Made by a program: the position numbers and the translations under genes. Under the pieces are notes generated by a model that made no database searches, was not told the DNA's origin, and saw only the letters and a list, made by a program, of their open reading frames with translations. Shown here piece after piece: positions 1 through 9,806 of a stretch of 64,000 nucleotides of DNA; within the stretch, counting starts at the first letter, position 1, and every line of letters begins with the position of its first letter. Location of the stretch: the IMG/VR virus record IMGVR_UViG_3300038361_000164, positions 1 to 64,000 of that record; one strand, 5' to 3'.

Positions 1-1
1 T

Positions 2-1192
2 GGTTCATCTGGTAATTCGGGTACATCTGGATCATCGGGATCATCAGGTACATCAGGAGCTGCAGGAGCTAACGGCACATCAGGCTCGTCAGGATCATCA
101 GGTACATCCGGATCATCTGGTAAATCTGGAACATCAGGTTCATCAGGATCATCTGGAACTTCAGGAGCTGCGGGAACTTCAGGAACTTCAGGAGCTGCGG
201 GAACTTCAGGAACTTCAGGAGCTGCGGGAACTTCTGGGTCATCGGGATCATCCGGTACATCTGGATATTGAACAGAAGTTGCTGGTGAAATTTATTATAC
301 CGGTAATGTAGCAATTGGTGGTACCAATCCGGCAAAACGTTTCCATATAACCGGCTCAGGCACAGGAGCTTTAGCTCCAGCATTTAGATTAGAAAATACA
401 GATGCGTCTGTGGCTGATTGACAAATGGTGGCCCACAGTAGTGATTATTTCTCTTTTAATGAAGTCGGTATAACTGGAAGATTTTTCATAGCAGCAGGCG
501 GTAACGTTGGAATAAAAGCTAATGCTACTTCATATCTGTTTGAAGTTGATGGTGGTACTACTGGTGGAGATATTCTTTGCTACGACATATTTACACATGA
601 CGGAAATGTGGAAACTTCTGATGAAAGATTAAAAGAAGATATTGTAACTTCAGCATTAGGGCTTGATTTTGTTAATGCACTAAACCCTGTTAGTTATAAA
701 TGAAAAACAGTTCCAGAAAAACAACAAATGGAATCTGGCAACGATGTAGCCCTGACAACTATAAATAAAGAGGTAACTACAGAAGAAATAGTATTTGAAA
801 ATGACAAGTATGTGAAAAAAGTTATAACAGCATTCCAAGATGTAGAAGTGCCAGTAATAGATGTACATGACTTATATAATGAAGCTGGGGAAATTATAGG
901 CCAACACGAAATACCTCGAATGGAGCCTTATGAAAGAGTTCATAGAACATTTCCAGAGGAAACCCATAGTCGAACTCATTATGGAATGGTATCACAAGAA
1001 GTGGAACAAGTGCTTCTCAATGCTGGGCTAACCACCAAAGATTTTGCAGGATTTATTCGTGAAAGCAAAAGAGATAGATATGGGCTTAGATATACAGAAT
1101 TTATAGCTCCAATGATAAAAGCTATTCAAGAACTGTCAGCCAAAGTAACACAGTTAGAAGCTGATTCACATACTCATGTCAATATTAAATAA
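2..1192 (+). CDS. Tail fibre/spike C-terminal part with G-S-S/G-T-S repeats and peptidase S74 intramolecular chaperone domain (5' truncated; TGA=Trp)
   Basis: Frame is open from base 2 to TAA 1192 if 3 TGA (269, 418, 701) are Trp. Contains TSDERLKEDI, LNPVSYK(W)K, HYGMVSQEVE and YGLRYTEFIAPMIKAIQEL, all S74 motifs. Confidence 0.9.
155..235 (+). repeat. 27-nt tandem repeat x3 (GTSGAAGTS) inside a Gly-X-X low-complexity tract spanning 2-267
   Basis: ggaacttcaggagctgcgggaacttca twice, then a third copy ending in tct. Confidence 0.9.
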
Positions 1193-1195
1193 AAC

Positions 1196-1225
1196 TTGAC
1201 TAGTTTTAGCACTATGATTTATATT
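1196..1225 (+). promoter_or_regulatory. Putative sigma70-type promoter, possibly giving a leaderless mRNA
   Basis: TTGACT-N18-TATATT, then 6 nt, then ATG 1232. Confidence 0.45.
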
Positions 1226-1231
1226 TAAGTA

Positions 1232-1414
1232 ATGAAATTGCAACCGAAAACTAATATAGCAGACGAACTAACTTTGGCACAAAGATTAGAACAAGCTGCT
1301 AAAGAAATAGTAGAAAACCAAGCAGCTAGCGAAGGTGTACATGTAGAAATAACTCCAAAAGTAATAGACGAGATAGAAGAGTATGGCGACAGATTATACG
1401 ACTGGGAATCTTAG
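1232..1414 (+). CDS. Small acidic hypothetical protein (60 aa)
   Basis: ORF follows a promoter-like sequence and overlaps the next gene by 32 nt. Confidence 0.5.
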   Translation: MKLQPKTNIADELTLAQRLEQAAKEIVENQAASEGVHVEITPKVIDEIEEYGDRLYDWES

Positions 1415-2324
1415 TCTAGATATAAAATATCCTTTTGTTAGTTTTGCGCAGAATTATTTTGCACAACATGGCACCTATACCTGAACGTCCGATCCTCGTA
1501 CTACTGGGATTATTATAGCTGATAAGTATGCGATTAATATAGGTGTAGCCTTTCAACGTCCCACTATCATAGTATCAAGAGGGCCTATTGCTTGAAGCGA
1601 TGTAATACGTAATACAACAATACCAGGAACGGGCGTACAATATACTTTAGAACAGGAACGATTACAGGGAAACATAGGTACACACGACACACGGCAGAAT
1701 GCTACAATTACTAATTTAATAAACGGCTCTATACGTTATAGTGTGTTATTTAAAGAAGGGTTACCAGCAGAATCTGCGGCGAGTGATTTATTTTTTGCCT
1801 TAGCAGCGTATCAAGAAGATTTTAAGGTAAAAAAAATACATAGCATTAAGAATTTACGATTAGGAGAAGAAAGATTAGTTAAAACTAAATCTGATAAAAT
1901 TCTTACACAAGTAGATATCGATCTTCAATTCGAATCTCAAAAAACATTACGACGTGGAGAAAAACAAAGTTACTGTGTTGTATTTATTGATGCTGTCGAA
2001 GTTTTCGAAGGTATTAATTATACTGTTAAAACTAACGGAACACAGATTGCCTTTAACACAGCACCAGCTTTGGCAGAGGCGTTAACAATAACTTATACAG
2101 ACGCCACTACTTTACTAACTGTTACATTAGCAGCTTTAGGTACAGGAGATGGCACTACAACTGTATTTACTATTCCAGATTCGGGAGCAGTATATGGATA
2201 CTTTACTTGGTTATCTGAATTCATTGTAACTGGCCCAGGAATTACTTCACTTACTTTAACAAATAACTATCCAGATGGCGGCGAAGAAACAATAAGCGGC
2301 ACCTGGTTTCAAGCAGATGGGTAA
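1383..2324 (+). CDS. Probable tail completion/terminator-type virion protein, 313 aa (2 TGA=Trp)
   Basis: ATG 1383 is in frame with ORF 1743..2324 through 2 TGA (YT-W-TSDPRT; RPTIIVSRGPIA-W). Lies upstream of the sheath gene; function inferred from position. Confidence 0.65.
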
Positions 2325-2339
2325 TAAACAGTAAATAAT

Positions 2340-3221
2340 ATGGGTTTAACACAAGAACAACAGATGGAACATTTCATGATAGGCTTTCAAGATCAACTTG
2401 AAAAGACTGCATTTATTCCACAAATGACTGCTAAGATTTTACCACATCTTCTTAAATGAAAGAAGTTACTTACAACACCGTCTAAAACTAATATTGGAAA
2501 ATTTGTCATAGGCATAAAAAACGCTAAAGGCAAAAGATTAGAATACTTATCTAAAATGTCTGATCCACTAGAAAGAGCGATGAGAAATACAAAAGGCAAA
2601 GGATTTAAAATGCCTAAAATAGATCCACTACAACAAGTTGGCGGCGCTGGAGGCACCCTTTCTAGGGGAATTAGAACTTCTATAGGTAACACTGCTCTTA
2701 ATTTACAGACACTTTCTAAAGGACTTAAAGGACAGGGATTTGTAAAAGGAACGGGTCAATTTGTTAAAAACTTAGGAACTATGTCAAAAAATCAGATACG
2801 TGGATCAAGATTAAAAGAAATTGACTTGACTAATAAGCATTTATATTACGATATTAAAAGCAAGAATACGTTCTTAAGGGGATCAGGTCCCTTGGGACGT
2901 TTCAAAATTTTTGACAGAAAAGTAGTAGGTACTATTAACAAGGGCGGTCGTAACACTGTAATAGTGAAAAAACGACCTCTTGCCCACGCAGCTAGCGCGA
3001 CTTTAACTGCGCCAGGAATACTTGCTACAGCTCCGTTACTCAATTTGGGAGATAAGACGGACAAAAAAGGTAAGAAAATACCTTTTGCGAAAAGATATTT
3101 AAAGGCTGTACCGAAAGCACTGCCAGAAGTTGCTACCTGAGGAGTCGCAAGACCTCTTGGTTATGGGATAGAAGGAGTACGAGGTATAAAAGGTATACAT
3201 AGCCTTCTTAACACAACTTAG
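2340..3221 (+). CDS. Basic Lys/Gly-rich hypothetical virion protein, 293 aa (2 TGA=Trp)
   Basis: ATG 2340 is in frame with ORF 2556..3140 and extends to TAG 3221 through 2 TGA. Confidence 0.7.
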
Positions 3222-3244
3222 ACCTAATTTATGGAGGATCTAAA

Positions 3245-4873
3245 ATGGCTTACACTAAACCAGGTGTAGAAATCACTCAAGTGCAGACAACTGCACAACC
3301 TATCTTAACTGCTCCAGATATGATTGGTTGCATAATTGGAGAGGGTTTTTGGTGGCAGGATCCATCATGGGATGACTCGACAGATACAGTACGATATTCT
3401 GTATTTGCAACACAATATGAAAACAACTATTTGTTCGTTCCTTATTCAGGAATTAACTCTACGTACAATACAAATGTATTAGAAGGATCGGTTATTGTAG
3501 ATCTTTTACCTACACAAGGTGATGGAGCAGGAATACTTGTAAATGTATTAACATCTCAATTTACAACTACGGCTTCAGGAATTTACATTGATGCAAGTTT
3601 AATATCTTCCGGCGCTAAAGCTGACATTCACGTAGGGTTCTTAGCTAAGAATCCAGATAATGTGGAACAGTTTGGTACCTTATCTAGTCTTTCTGATATC
3701 AGAGATGCTATTGGAGAGCCAGTTAGTTGGAATCCTTTGGCATACGGTATATATACTGCTATGGTAAATGCTGGCACAGAAATTAGTTACATAGGCGTAT
3801 CTGGATTTACAGCCGATAACTTTGGAGAAGCTCTAGATAATTTAGCTTCTGAAGAAGTGTATGCTATCGCCCCAATGAGTCAATTGGCGGTTACAGCTAC
3901 CTATAAAACTCACGTAGAAGCACAATCAGCAGCAGCTGGTAAAAAGGAGAGAATTGCATTTTTAAATAGCATTACTCCATGGACCGGCACACCACATGCT
4001 GAAAGTACTTCAGATAAAACTACAACAGCGGAATCGTTAAGAGATACTAATTCAGCTGTTAGATCAAAACGTATTTTTGCGACATTCCCAGATATTGCAT
4101 ATATCCAAGAACGTCGTCATATTTCATCAGTTCATCCAGCATGGTTAGATGCGGTATATACAAGGTATACTCCAGCTGGTATTAGTTTTGCTGATTCGAA
4201 TACTTATAATGTTTACGCACTATTAGCATCTGATTTAAAACTAAGTGGAACACTTTACAAGAAAGGTACTAAAATTACAGCAGCCAACTGGACTACTTTA
4301 AAAGCAGCAGGTTGGGCAGATGGTGGAATGGTGACAGTATTAGCACCAGTTCCTGGCTATTACTACGCAGCTGAATTGTTAGGACTACGTATCGGAAACT
4401 CACCATCACAGTCATTGACTAACATCGCCTTAGGACTTGCTAAACGTACTTATGGTTCTCAAGATTATTTCTCTGAGACCCAATTAAATACTATGGCAGA
4501 AGGTGGAACGTTTATAATGACACAGGCGAATAGTAACTCACCTGTAGTGAGTAGACATCAGTTAAGTACCGACGTAACTTCTATCGCAAAAAGAGAGCTT
4601 AGTATAACCTCTGCGATTGACTTTGCAGCTAAGTTTGTAAGACAAAGTATCAATCCATATATCGGAAATACAAATATAACAACAAACTTTATCACTTTAA
4701 TTAATACAATTTTAGTTGGTATTGGTTTGTACTTGGTTAGACAAGAAATTGTTGCAGACTTTAGTATTGTTTCTGTTACTCAAGATAGTATCAGTCCAGA
4801 TGTACTAAATGTTGATATAGAAGTATTGCCTCTATACCCAAGTAACTACATCAGAATTAAAATGATATTCTAA
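3245..4873 (+). CDS. Contractile tail sheath protein
   Basis: N-terminus MAYTKPGVEIT and C-terminal sheath domain (RELSITSAIDF...DVLNVDIEVLPLYPSNYIRI). Directly precedes the tube gene. Confidence 0.88.
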   Translation: MAYTKPGVEITQVQTTAQPILTAPDMIGCIIGEGFWWQDPSWDDSTDTVRYSVFATQYENNYLFVPYSGINSTYNTNVLEGSVIVDLLPTQGDGAGILVNVLTSQFTTTASGIYIDASLISSGAKADIHVGFLAKNPDNVEQFGTLSSLSDIRDAIGEPVSWNPLAYGIYTAMVNAGTEISYIGVSGFTADNFGEALDNLASEEVYAIAPMSQLAVTATYKTHVEAQSAAAGKKERIAFLNSITPWTGTPHAESTSDKTTTAESLRDTNSAVRSKRIFATFPDIAYIQERRHISSVHPAWLDAVYTRYTPAGISFADSNTYNVYALLASDLKLSGTLYKKGTKITAANWTTLKAAGWADGGMVTVLAPVPGYYYAAELLGLRIGNSPSQSLTNIALGLAKRTYGSQDYFSETQLNTMAEGGTFIMTQANSNSPVVSRHQLSTDVTSIAKRELSITSAIDFAAKFVRQSINPYIGNTNITTNFITLINTILVGIGLYLVRQEIVADFSIVSVTQDSISPDVLNVDIEVLPLYPSNYIRIKMIF

Positions 4874-4885
4874 GGAGAATAAAAA

Positions 4886-5557
4886 ATGGCACCACTTAAT
4901 ACCTTACAAACTTGGGGTGAATCCCAATTTAATAATAACGTACAGACGATAGATAATTTATCTAATTTTCTATCCGCGGAATCTATGGTGGTATGTACAG
5001 GGCCTCCAGAGTACAATCCAGCAGATGACTTTGCAAATTTGATTCCAGTTGGACTGGTTCAAAATGTCCAGGTATCACAGAATAAACAAATCAGTCAAGT
5101 ATTTGAAATAGGATCTAGAAAACCTATTTTTATTCCAGGACGTACGATTGTAAATTGTGGAATATCAAAAATACTATTTGATAGTCACTCATTGATGAAG
5201 GCTTTGTATTTACAAACTCACAGCGATGTAATTGGACTAGGAGTAGAGGATGTAGATGGAGTTGATGTTCCAATTACACTAAGTACAGGTGAGGATGCAC
5301 CTGGATTAGTTACAGATGGTACTACTCCAGATTTCTTTATTAACTTAGCTTCTAAGTTCTTTAATAGACCTTTGGGATTAGGATTTTTCTTGAGAGATAT
5401 GGAAGGTGATCAATATGGCGGATTTTATTTAAATAACTGTTATATTCAACACCACACATTTAATATTGCTAGTCAGCAAACTATTTTAGTTGAAAATGTA
5501 TCTATAAGATGCTCTCGATTAGAACCAGTTGCTTATGGCGCAGGCTCGACAATTTAA
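4886..5557 (+). CDS. Tail tube protein
   Basis: Follows the sheath. Contains PVGLVQNVQVSQNKQISQVFEIGS, typical of tube proteins. SD AGGAG upstream. Confidence 0.8.
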   Translation: MAPLNTLQTWGESQFNNNVQTIDNLSNFLSAESMVVCTGPPEYNPADDFANLIPVGLVQNVQVSQNKQISQVFEIGSRKPIFIPGRTIVNCGISKILFDSHSLMKALYLQTHSDVIGLGVEDVDGVDVPITLSTGEDAPGLVTDGTTPDFFINLASKFFNRPLGLGFFLRDMEGDQYGGFYLNNCYIQHHTFNIASQQTILVENVSIRCSRLEPVAYGAGSTI

Positions 5558-5576
5558 GCTAAAAAAAATAAACTAC

Positions 5577-5610
5577 AAAAAAAGGGGTGCCAGTTACGGT
5601 ACCCCTTTTT
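5577..5610. terminator. Bidirectional rho-independent terminator
   Basis: A7-GGGGTGCC-agttac-GGTACCCC-T5 between convergent genes. Confidence 0.85.
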
Positions 5611-5613
5611 ATT

Positions 5614-6192
5614 TTAAGTTCTTTTAAACTGCTCTATTAATGTATTTGCGGCATTAAACTGCTCGTCCAAAGTCATGTCTTGATTATAAATTTCATAAGT
5701 AAAAGGATAATCATCTAAAGAAGTTTCCGAAGCGTGATTACTGAATTCATCTTTTATTACATCTCTATATAACCTAATAACGATCCCTCCTGCCGCTTCT
5801 ATTGCCTTTACTTCGTTGGGAAACCTAACGTCAGTTGCTACAACCTTCAGTAATGGAGTTTGTCTAGAAGCATAATCTTCGATATCCTTAATCGTTTTAT
5901 TAGCCCAAACATCTGGATACATTTTACGAAAGATATCTGTTCCAACATACTGTAATACTTCACGATATGTAGGATGTCTACCTTTTAAGGTAAGATGTTC
6001 TTGAGCTTTTGCTTTATCAGCTTCAAGTTGTCCATAATTCACTACTCCAAGATAATCTTGACATAATTGTTTTAAAGGACCTGCAAAAGAAAATTTTACG
6101 TATTCATCTGATTTTATAAGTCTTTTACCTATACTATCTTTGCCAGCACTTCTTTTTCCAGAAAGCCCAACAATAAAATAATTTTTATCCAT
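5614..6192 (-). CDS. Deoxynucleoside monophosphate kinase (phage type)
   Basis: P-loop GLSGKRSAGKD, FSFAGPLK, REVLQYVGTDIFR, VATDVRFPNE, HASE. Confidence 0.92.
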   Translation of the reverse strand: MDKNYFIVGLSGKRSAGKDSIGKRLIKSDEYVKFSFAGPLKQLCQDYLGVVNYGQLEADKAKAQEHLTLKGRHPTYREVLQYVGTDIFRKMYPDVWANKTIKDIEDYASRQTPLLKVVATDVRFPNEVKAIEAAGGIVIRLYRDVIKDEFSNHASETSLDDYPFTYEIYNQDMTLDEQFNAANTLIEQFKRT

Positions 6193-6204
6193 TTTTTATA
6201 TTGA

Positions 6205-9200
6205 TTAATGTACCCAATGATCGCTAATAACTGCATCTACTTTCATAGGAACAGAGTCTGCATAATGATTAAAAGCTTCAATCATTTTTAACTCCATCAT
6301 CTTAGCGACAGCTTTTGCATCGTCTTCATGTACTTCTACTAGAATTTCCATTTGTGTTGCGAACTAACCGATTCCGTTAGCTCTCTTTAGGTTTCCCCAA
6401 AGATCGGACTATATCATAGGCCCTTCGGCCTTCAAGATCTTTCGGCATATCTTTATACCTACTCGCAATTTTTACGATAGTCTCTGAAGGTGGAATTTTA
6501 TAAATATAATCATGATCATCATATTTTTTTAAAATTTTTGCAATCATAGGAGTATCATGCACTTTAAATTGTATAAAGTATCCTCGACATCCAATTGTTT
6601 TATGACGTGTACCGTGTAACTCAAATTTTTTATTAATAAAAGATACAAAGTTGTCTGCAAATTTTAAACTATATACTTGGCCAATGCTAAGACTATAATA
6701 TTTAAGTTGTCGATGAAAAGTTCCATCGTCAAACATAAGTAAAGCAAATCCCAACTCTGTTAATCCTCCTAATGTTTTTTCTACTTTCCAGAAGTCAGCT
6801 TCCTTTAAAGCATTTAGGATTTCATTTTTACCAACTGTAAATTCGTATAAAATACTCTTTTTATTTACAGAACCCCACAATTTTGAATGTTGTAAAGTTG
6901 TAATTAATGATTGTTTATATTCTAAATAATTTTTTACATATCCTCCGAACTTTATTCTTAAAGTTCGTTTTTGACGCATCCAATATGCATCTCCTAAATA
7001 TGAACTAATTATTACTTGTTGTTCTTGTTTTGTCATTTTATTCCCTCCCTGCTGATTACCCAATCCAAAAGATTTTAGCACTAAGGCACTTTTGGCTCTA
7101 AGGGTTTTCCAGCAAATTATCTTGATTTACCCACGACGCTATTCCGTATCGTGCACAACATTAACAATTCTGGCATCCCATTTGTGAATTTTAATATTGT
7201 TACTTATTTTAACTAGCGCTAACTTAGTAGTACTAGCACCACAGCCTTGAAATGGCATGTTCTTAGCTTCATTAATAGCATGTGACACTTCTCCCTTATT
7301 ATCCCAGTCTATGTGACTTACGTCCATTCTGCGATGATCTAAAGGTGAATAGGTATATCTGTTATGTTCAACTGCCTCAGACAAGTCATCCATTAAGTTT
7401 TTAATATACGGAAATGTTATAAAATATTTCTTCATCAGTTTACGTGCTTCATACAAATTAATACTTAATGTAGCCGCAAGTTTACTAACTCCCATTCCAT
7501 AAAGAATGCCGAAGCTTATTGATTTTGCTGGGTTTCTATATTTTGTTTTCATTTCGTCTATTAACTTACCGTTTTTATCGAAGAACTTTTCATAGTCAAT
7601 TCCAAAAATAAGACTTGCTGAGTAGCAATGTAAGTCCATGTCGTTTTTCAGAGCGTAAATAAATTTAGGCTCTTTGCTCAAATGAGCTAATAATCGCAGT
7701 TCTTGCAGTAATTCCCTAGCTTTCGCTAAGGCCCGGACTCTCTCTTCACCCCAAAGGGTGCGCCGTATATAGTCTCTACACTTGCCCGGAAAGATATATC
7801 TTTCCTGCTAGCTCGGGATTGCCATCAGCATTATCTGTTAAGGTTTCCCCGAATTAGCGGCGTTTTCATCTATAAATTTCTTTATAGCGGAGCCTTGCAA
7901 AAATTTTTCATGTTTTCTCTCTAAATACAAATTACTATCAGCATACAATAAGTCATAAAATTTAACAATTTCTGACTGTGTACACACCCTTACTAAGCCT
8001 AAACCATTTGAAAAGGTTCCAGTAACTTTTAAAAATTGTTTTAAATATGTTTTTAATTGATTAAAAAACAGTTCAGAACCAGTAGCGATTTCAACAGATA
8101 CTCTTTTATCTCCAACACATTTCACACAACCATCACCATCTAAAACTCCTCGCACAATGTGAGATGTTAGTGGTATGTTTAAATGCAAAGTTTTGCTTTT
8201 ATTTGGAGTTATTCCAATTTTATTTAAAAATTGATGTATTTCTTTATTACCAAAGCGTACGCTACACATATATGATCCATATTTTTTATTCTTATAGGAT
8301 TTTGGCTGCACATCATACCCTATAAATTTACTATATTTACATAAATGTTGTACATCTTTTTCATCTGCAGAAACATCTATTGTATATTTGCTATAAGTAG
8401 GAGTGGAAATATTACCATCAGCCGAAATAAATCCTATCCAATATTGAACTTCTTTGTTTGAAAGATCTTTAAAAGGATTGGTTTTCACGACACGTTGGGT
8501 TTCAGAAGGCCCTTTTAAAACATAATTATTTCGCAGCAATATGCGTCTAATTGTAGTGTTATATGTTTTTAAGATTTTCCCTATTTCTGTAGGGTTTTTA
8601 CCTTCATCGTAAAGAGTACATATTTGTAATTCTTGAGAGGGAGTATATTTATTATGTATTGTCATACCTCAATATACTCGTATTTTAAGCAGAAAACAAG
8701 TAAAATATTTCGTTATCTTGACCCGAAAAGTCTGCTGCGATTATTCTATAATCAGGATACTGAGCTGTAAATGCTGCCCTGTATTCCTTTTCTTTTGGTA
8801 TATTCATTAGGTTAGGTGTTCGTCCTGCGAATCTACCTGTGCCTGCACCTAATTGTGCAAAACGAGCATGTATTCGTAGATCAGATGGATGAATATGTTT
8901 TTCTAGAAAAGCTTCTCCATAAGTACTTACTTTTTTTGTAGCTTCTCTATATTTCAATAGTGCATCTGTGGCAGGGCTTCTTAAACTTTTTAAGATTGCA
9001 GCTCCTGTACCAGCGATTTCTTTTCCTAATATCTTTTCTAAAGCAGGTCTTACCTGCAAAGGAGATCCATAATTAATTACCGGGTCTCCAAATAAATCTG
9101 TTTCACATACTTTTTTGAAATATGCATTTAAATCTTTAAAGGCGCTATCAGCTCTTACTAAAGCTTCTTTCTGCAAAAATAACCACTTATCTTTGTTTAT

Positions 9201-9806
9201 AAAAATACCGTTTAATTCCATATCTCCAGAAACTCTCACTACTTCATATTCCAAAGTAGCTAAGTCTTTCATGTCTCTATCTATATGTTTTTTAGTTAGT
9301 ATATCATATAATGGTATTAGATGTTCAACATCTTCTCCAGCATATTTGATTTGCTCTTCTGTAAAAGGGTCTCCCCATTTATGCCCAATAAAGCTTTTCT
9401 GTTCTGTCTTATCTATGTACACATTTAGAAACTTTTTAAGTAATAGTTCTAAATTATGTCGCCATTTGCGACCCATAGAAAGTAATTGACTGCCTATCAT
9501 AGTACATGCCACGTTCTCAAGTTCAACATCAAAATTAGCCTTAATCATTGAATAATCAAATTTCGCATTATGTGCTATTTTGAGAATTTCTTTTGGTTTG
9601 AGCCATTCTAAAAGGGTATAAATATTTTTAGAGCCCAATTGGAAGACGTCGAAGGTATATTGTTTTTGTGTGTTTCCAAGCTGGATAAGTAATACTCGGT
9701 CAACTAAAGGATCTAATCCAGTAGTTTCTGTATCGAATCCTAGAACGGAGCAGGTTTTTAGATAGTTTAATGCAGATTTTAATTCATTTGTGTTTGTTAC
9801 ATACAT
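6205..9806 (-). CDS. polA: Family A DNA polymerase with 3'-5' exonuclease, in 3 exons: 9806-8721, 7705-7148, 6348-6205 (595 aa spliced)
   Basis: Exo I FDTETTGLD and HNAKFD. Motif A ADFSG|QELRLLAHLS and motif C NVVHD|EILVE are restored by splicing. Motif B RNPAKSISFGILYG. Exon lengths are multiples of 3. Confidence 0.93.
6349..7147 (-). mobile_element. Group I intron 2 in polA (motif C, VHD|E)
   Basis: 5' exon ends in T and intron ends in G. Core elements in order: TTGCTGGAAA, GGTAATCAGCAG, TTCAGAGACTATA, TGATATAGTCC. Confidence 0.9.
6377..7036 (-). CDS. Intron-encoded LAGLIDADG homing endonuclease (LAGLIDADG_2-like), 219 aa
   Basis: Motifs SSYLGDAY and FALLMFDDGT. SD GGAGG before ATG 7036. 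The 3' end runs through the intron core. Confidence 0.85.
   Translation of the reverse strand: MTKQEQQVIISSYLGDAYWMRQKRTLRIKFGGYVKNYLEYKQSLITTLQHSKLWGSVNKKSILYEFTVGKNEILNALKEADFWKVEKTLGGLTELGFALLMFDDGTFHRQLKYYSLSIGQVYSLKFADNFVSFINKKFELHGTRHKTIGCRGYFIQFKVHDTPMIAKILKKYDDHDYIYKIPPSETIVKIASRYKDMPKDLEGRRAYDIVRSLGKPKES
7838..8665 (-). CDS. Intron-encoded LAGLIDADG homing endonuclease with N-terminal HTH
   Basis: Motifs YWIGFISADGNI and HIVRGVLDGDGCV. N-terminal HTH-like segment PTEIGKILKTYNTTIRRIL. Confidence 0.88.
   Translation of the reverse strand: MTIHNKYTPSQELQICTLYDEGKNPTEIGKILKTYNTTIRRILLRNNYVLKGPSETQRVVKTNPFKDLSNKEVQYWIGFISADGNISTPTYSKYTIDVSADEKDVQHLCKYSKFIGYDVQPKSYKNKKYGSYMCSVRFGNKEIHQFLNKIGITPNKSKTLHLNIPLTSHIVRGVLDGDGCVKCVGDKRVSVEIATGSELFFNQLKTYLKQFLKVTGTFSNGLGLVRVCTQSEIVKFYDLLYADSNLYLERKHEKFLQGSAIKKFIDENAANSGKP
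8671..8699 (-). promoter_or_regulatory. Putative intron-internal promoter for endonuclease 1
   Basis: TTGTTT-N17-TATATT, then 5 nt, then ATG 8665. Confidence 0.35.

Larger units (their letters stand above)
7706..8720 (-). mobile_element. Group I intron 1 in polA (motif A, DFSG|QE)
   Basis: 5' exon ends GGT and intron ends ACTG. Core elements AATTCGGGGAAAC, GGCAATCCCGAGC, TGTAGAGACTATA, GAAGAGAGAGTCC, plus a P9-like hairpin CCTTAGC-GAAA-GCTAGGG. Confidence 0.9.

Noticed and set aside
69-383. Minus-strand 104-aa ORF with KFPQLLKFL repeats
   Set aside because: It is the antisense shadow of the GTS/GAA fibre repeat.
7037-7081. Upstream start for endonuclease 2 given by the track
   Set aside because: It lies in intron core sequence. 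ATG 7036 has a GGAGG ribosome-binding site.
8685-8720. C-terminal extension QDNEIFYLFSA of the polA exon 1 ORF, and TE after VHD at 7139-7147
   Set aside because: These are intron sequence read through in the unspliced frame.
6349-8720. Inteins in polA
   Set aside because: The insertions contain stops and frame changes, have group I RNA core motifs, and lack Cys/Ser...His-Asn ends.
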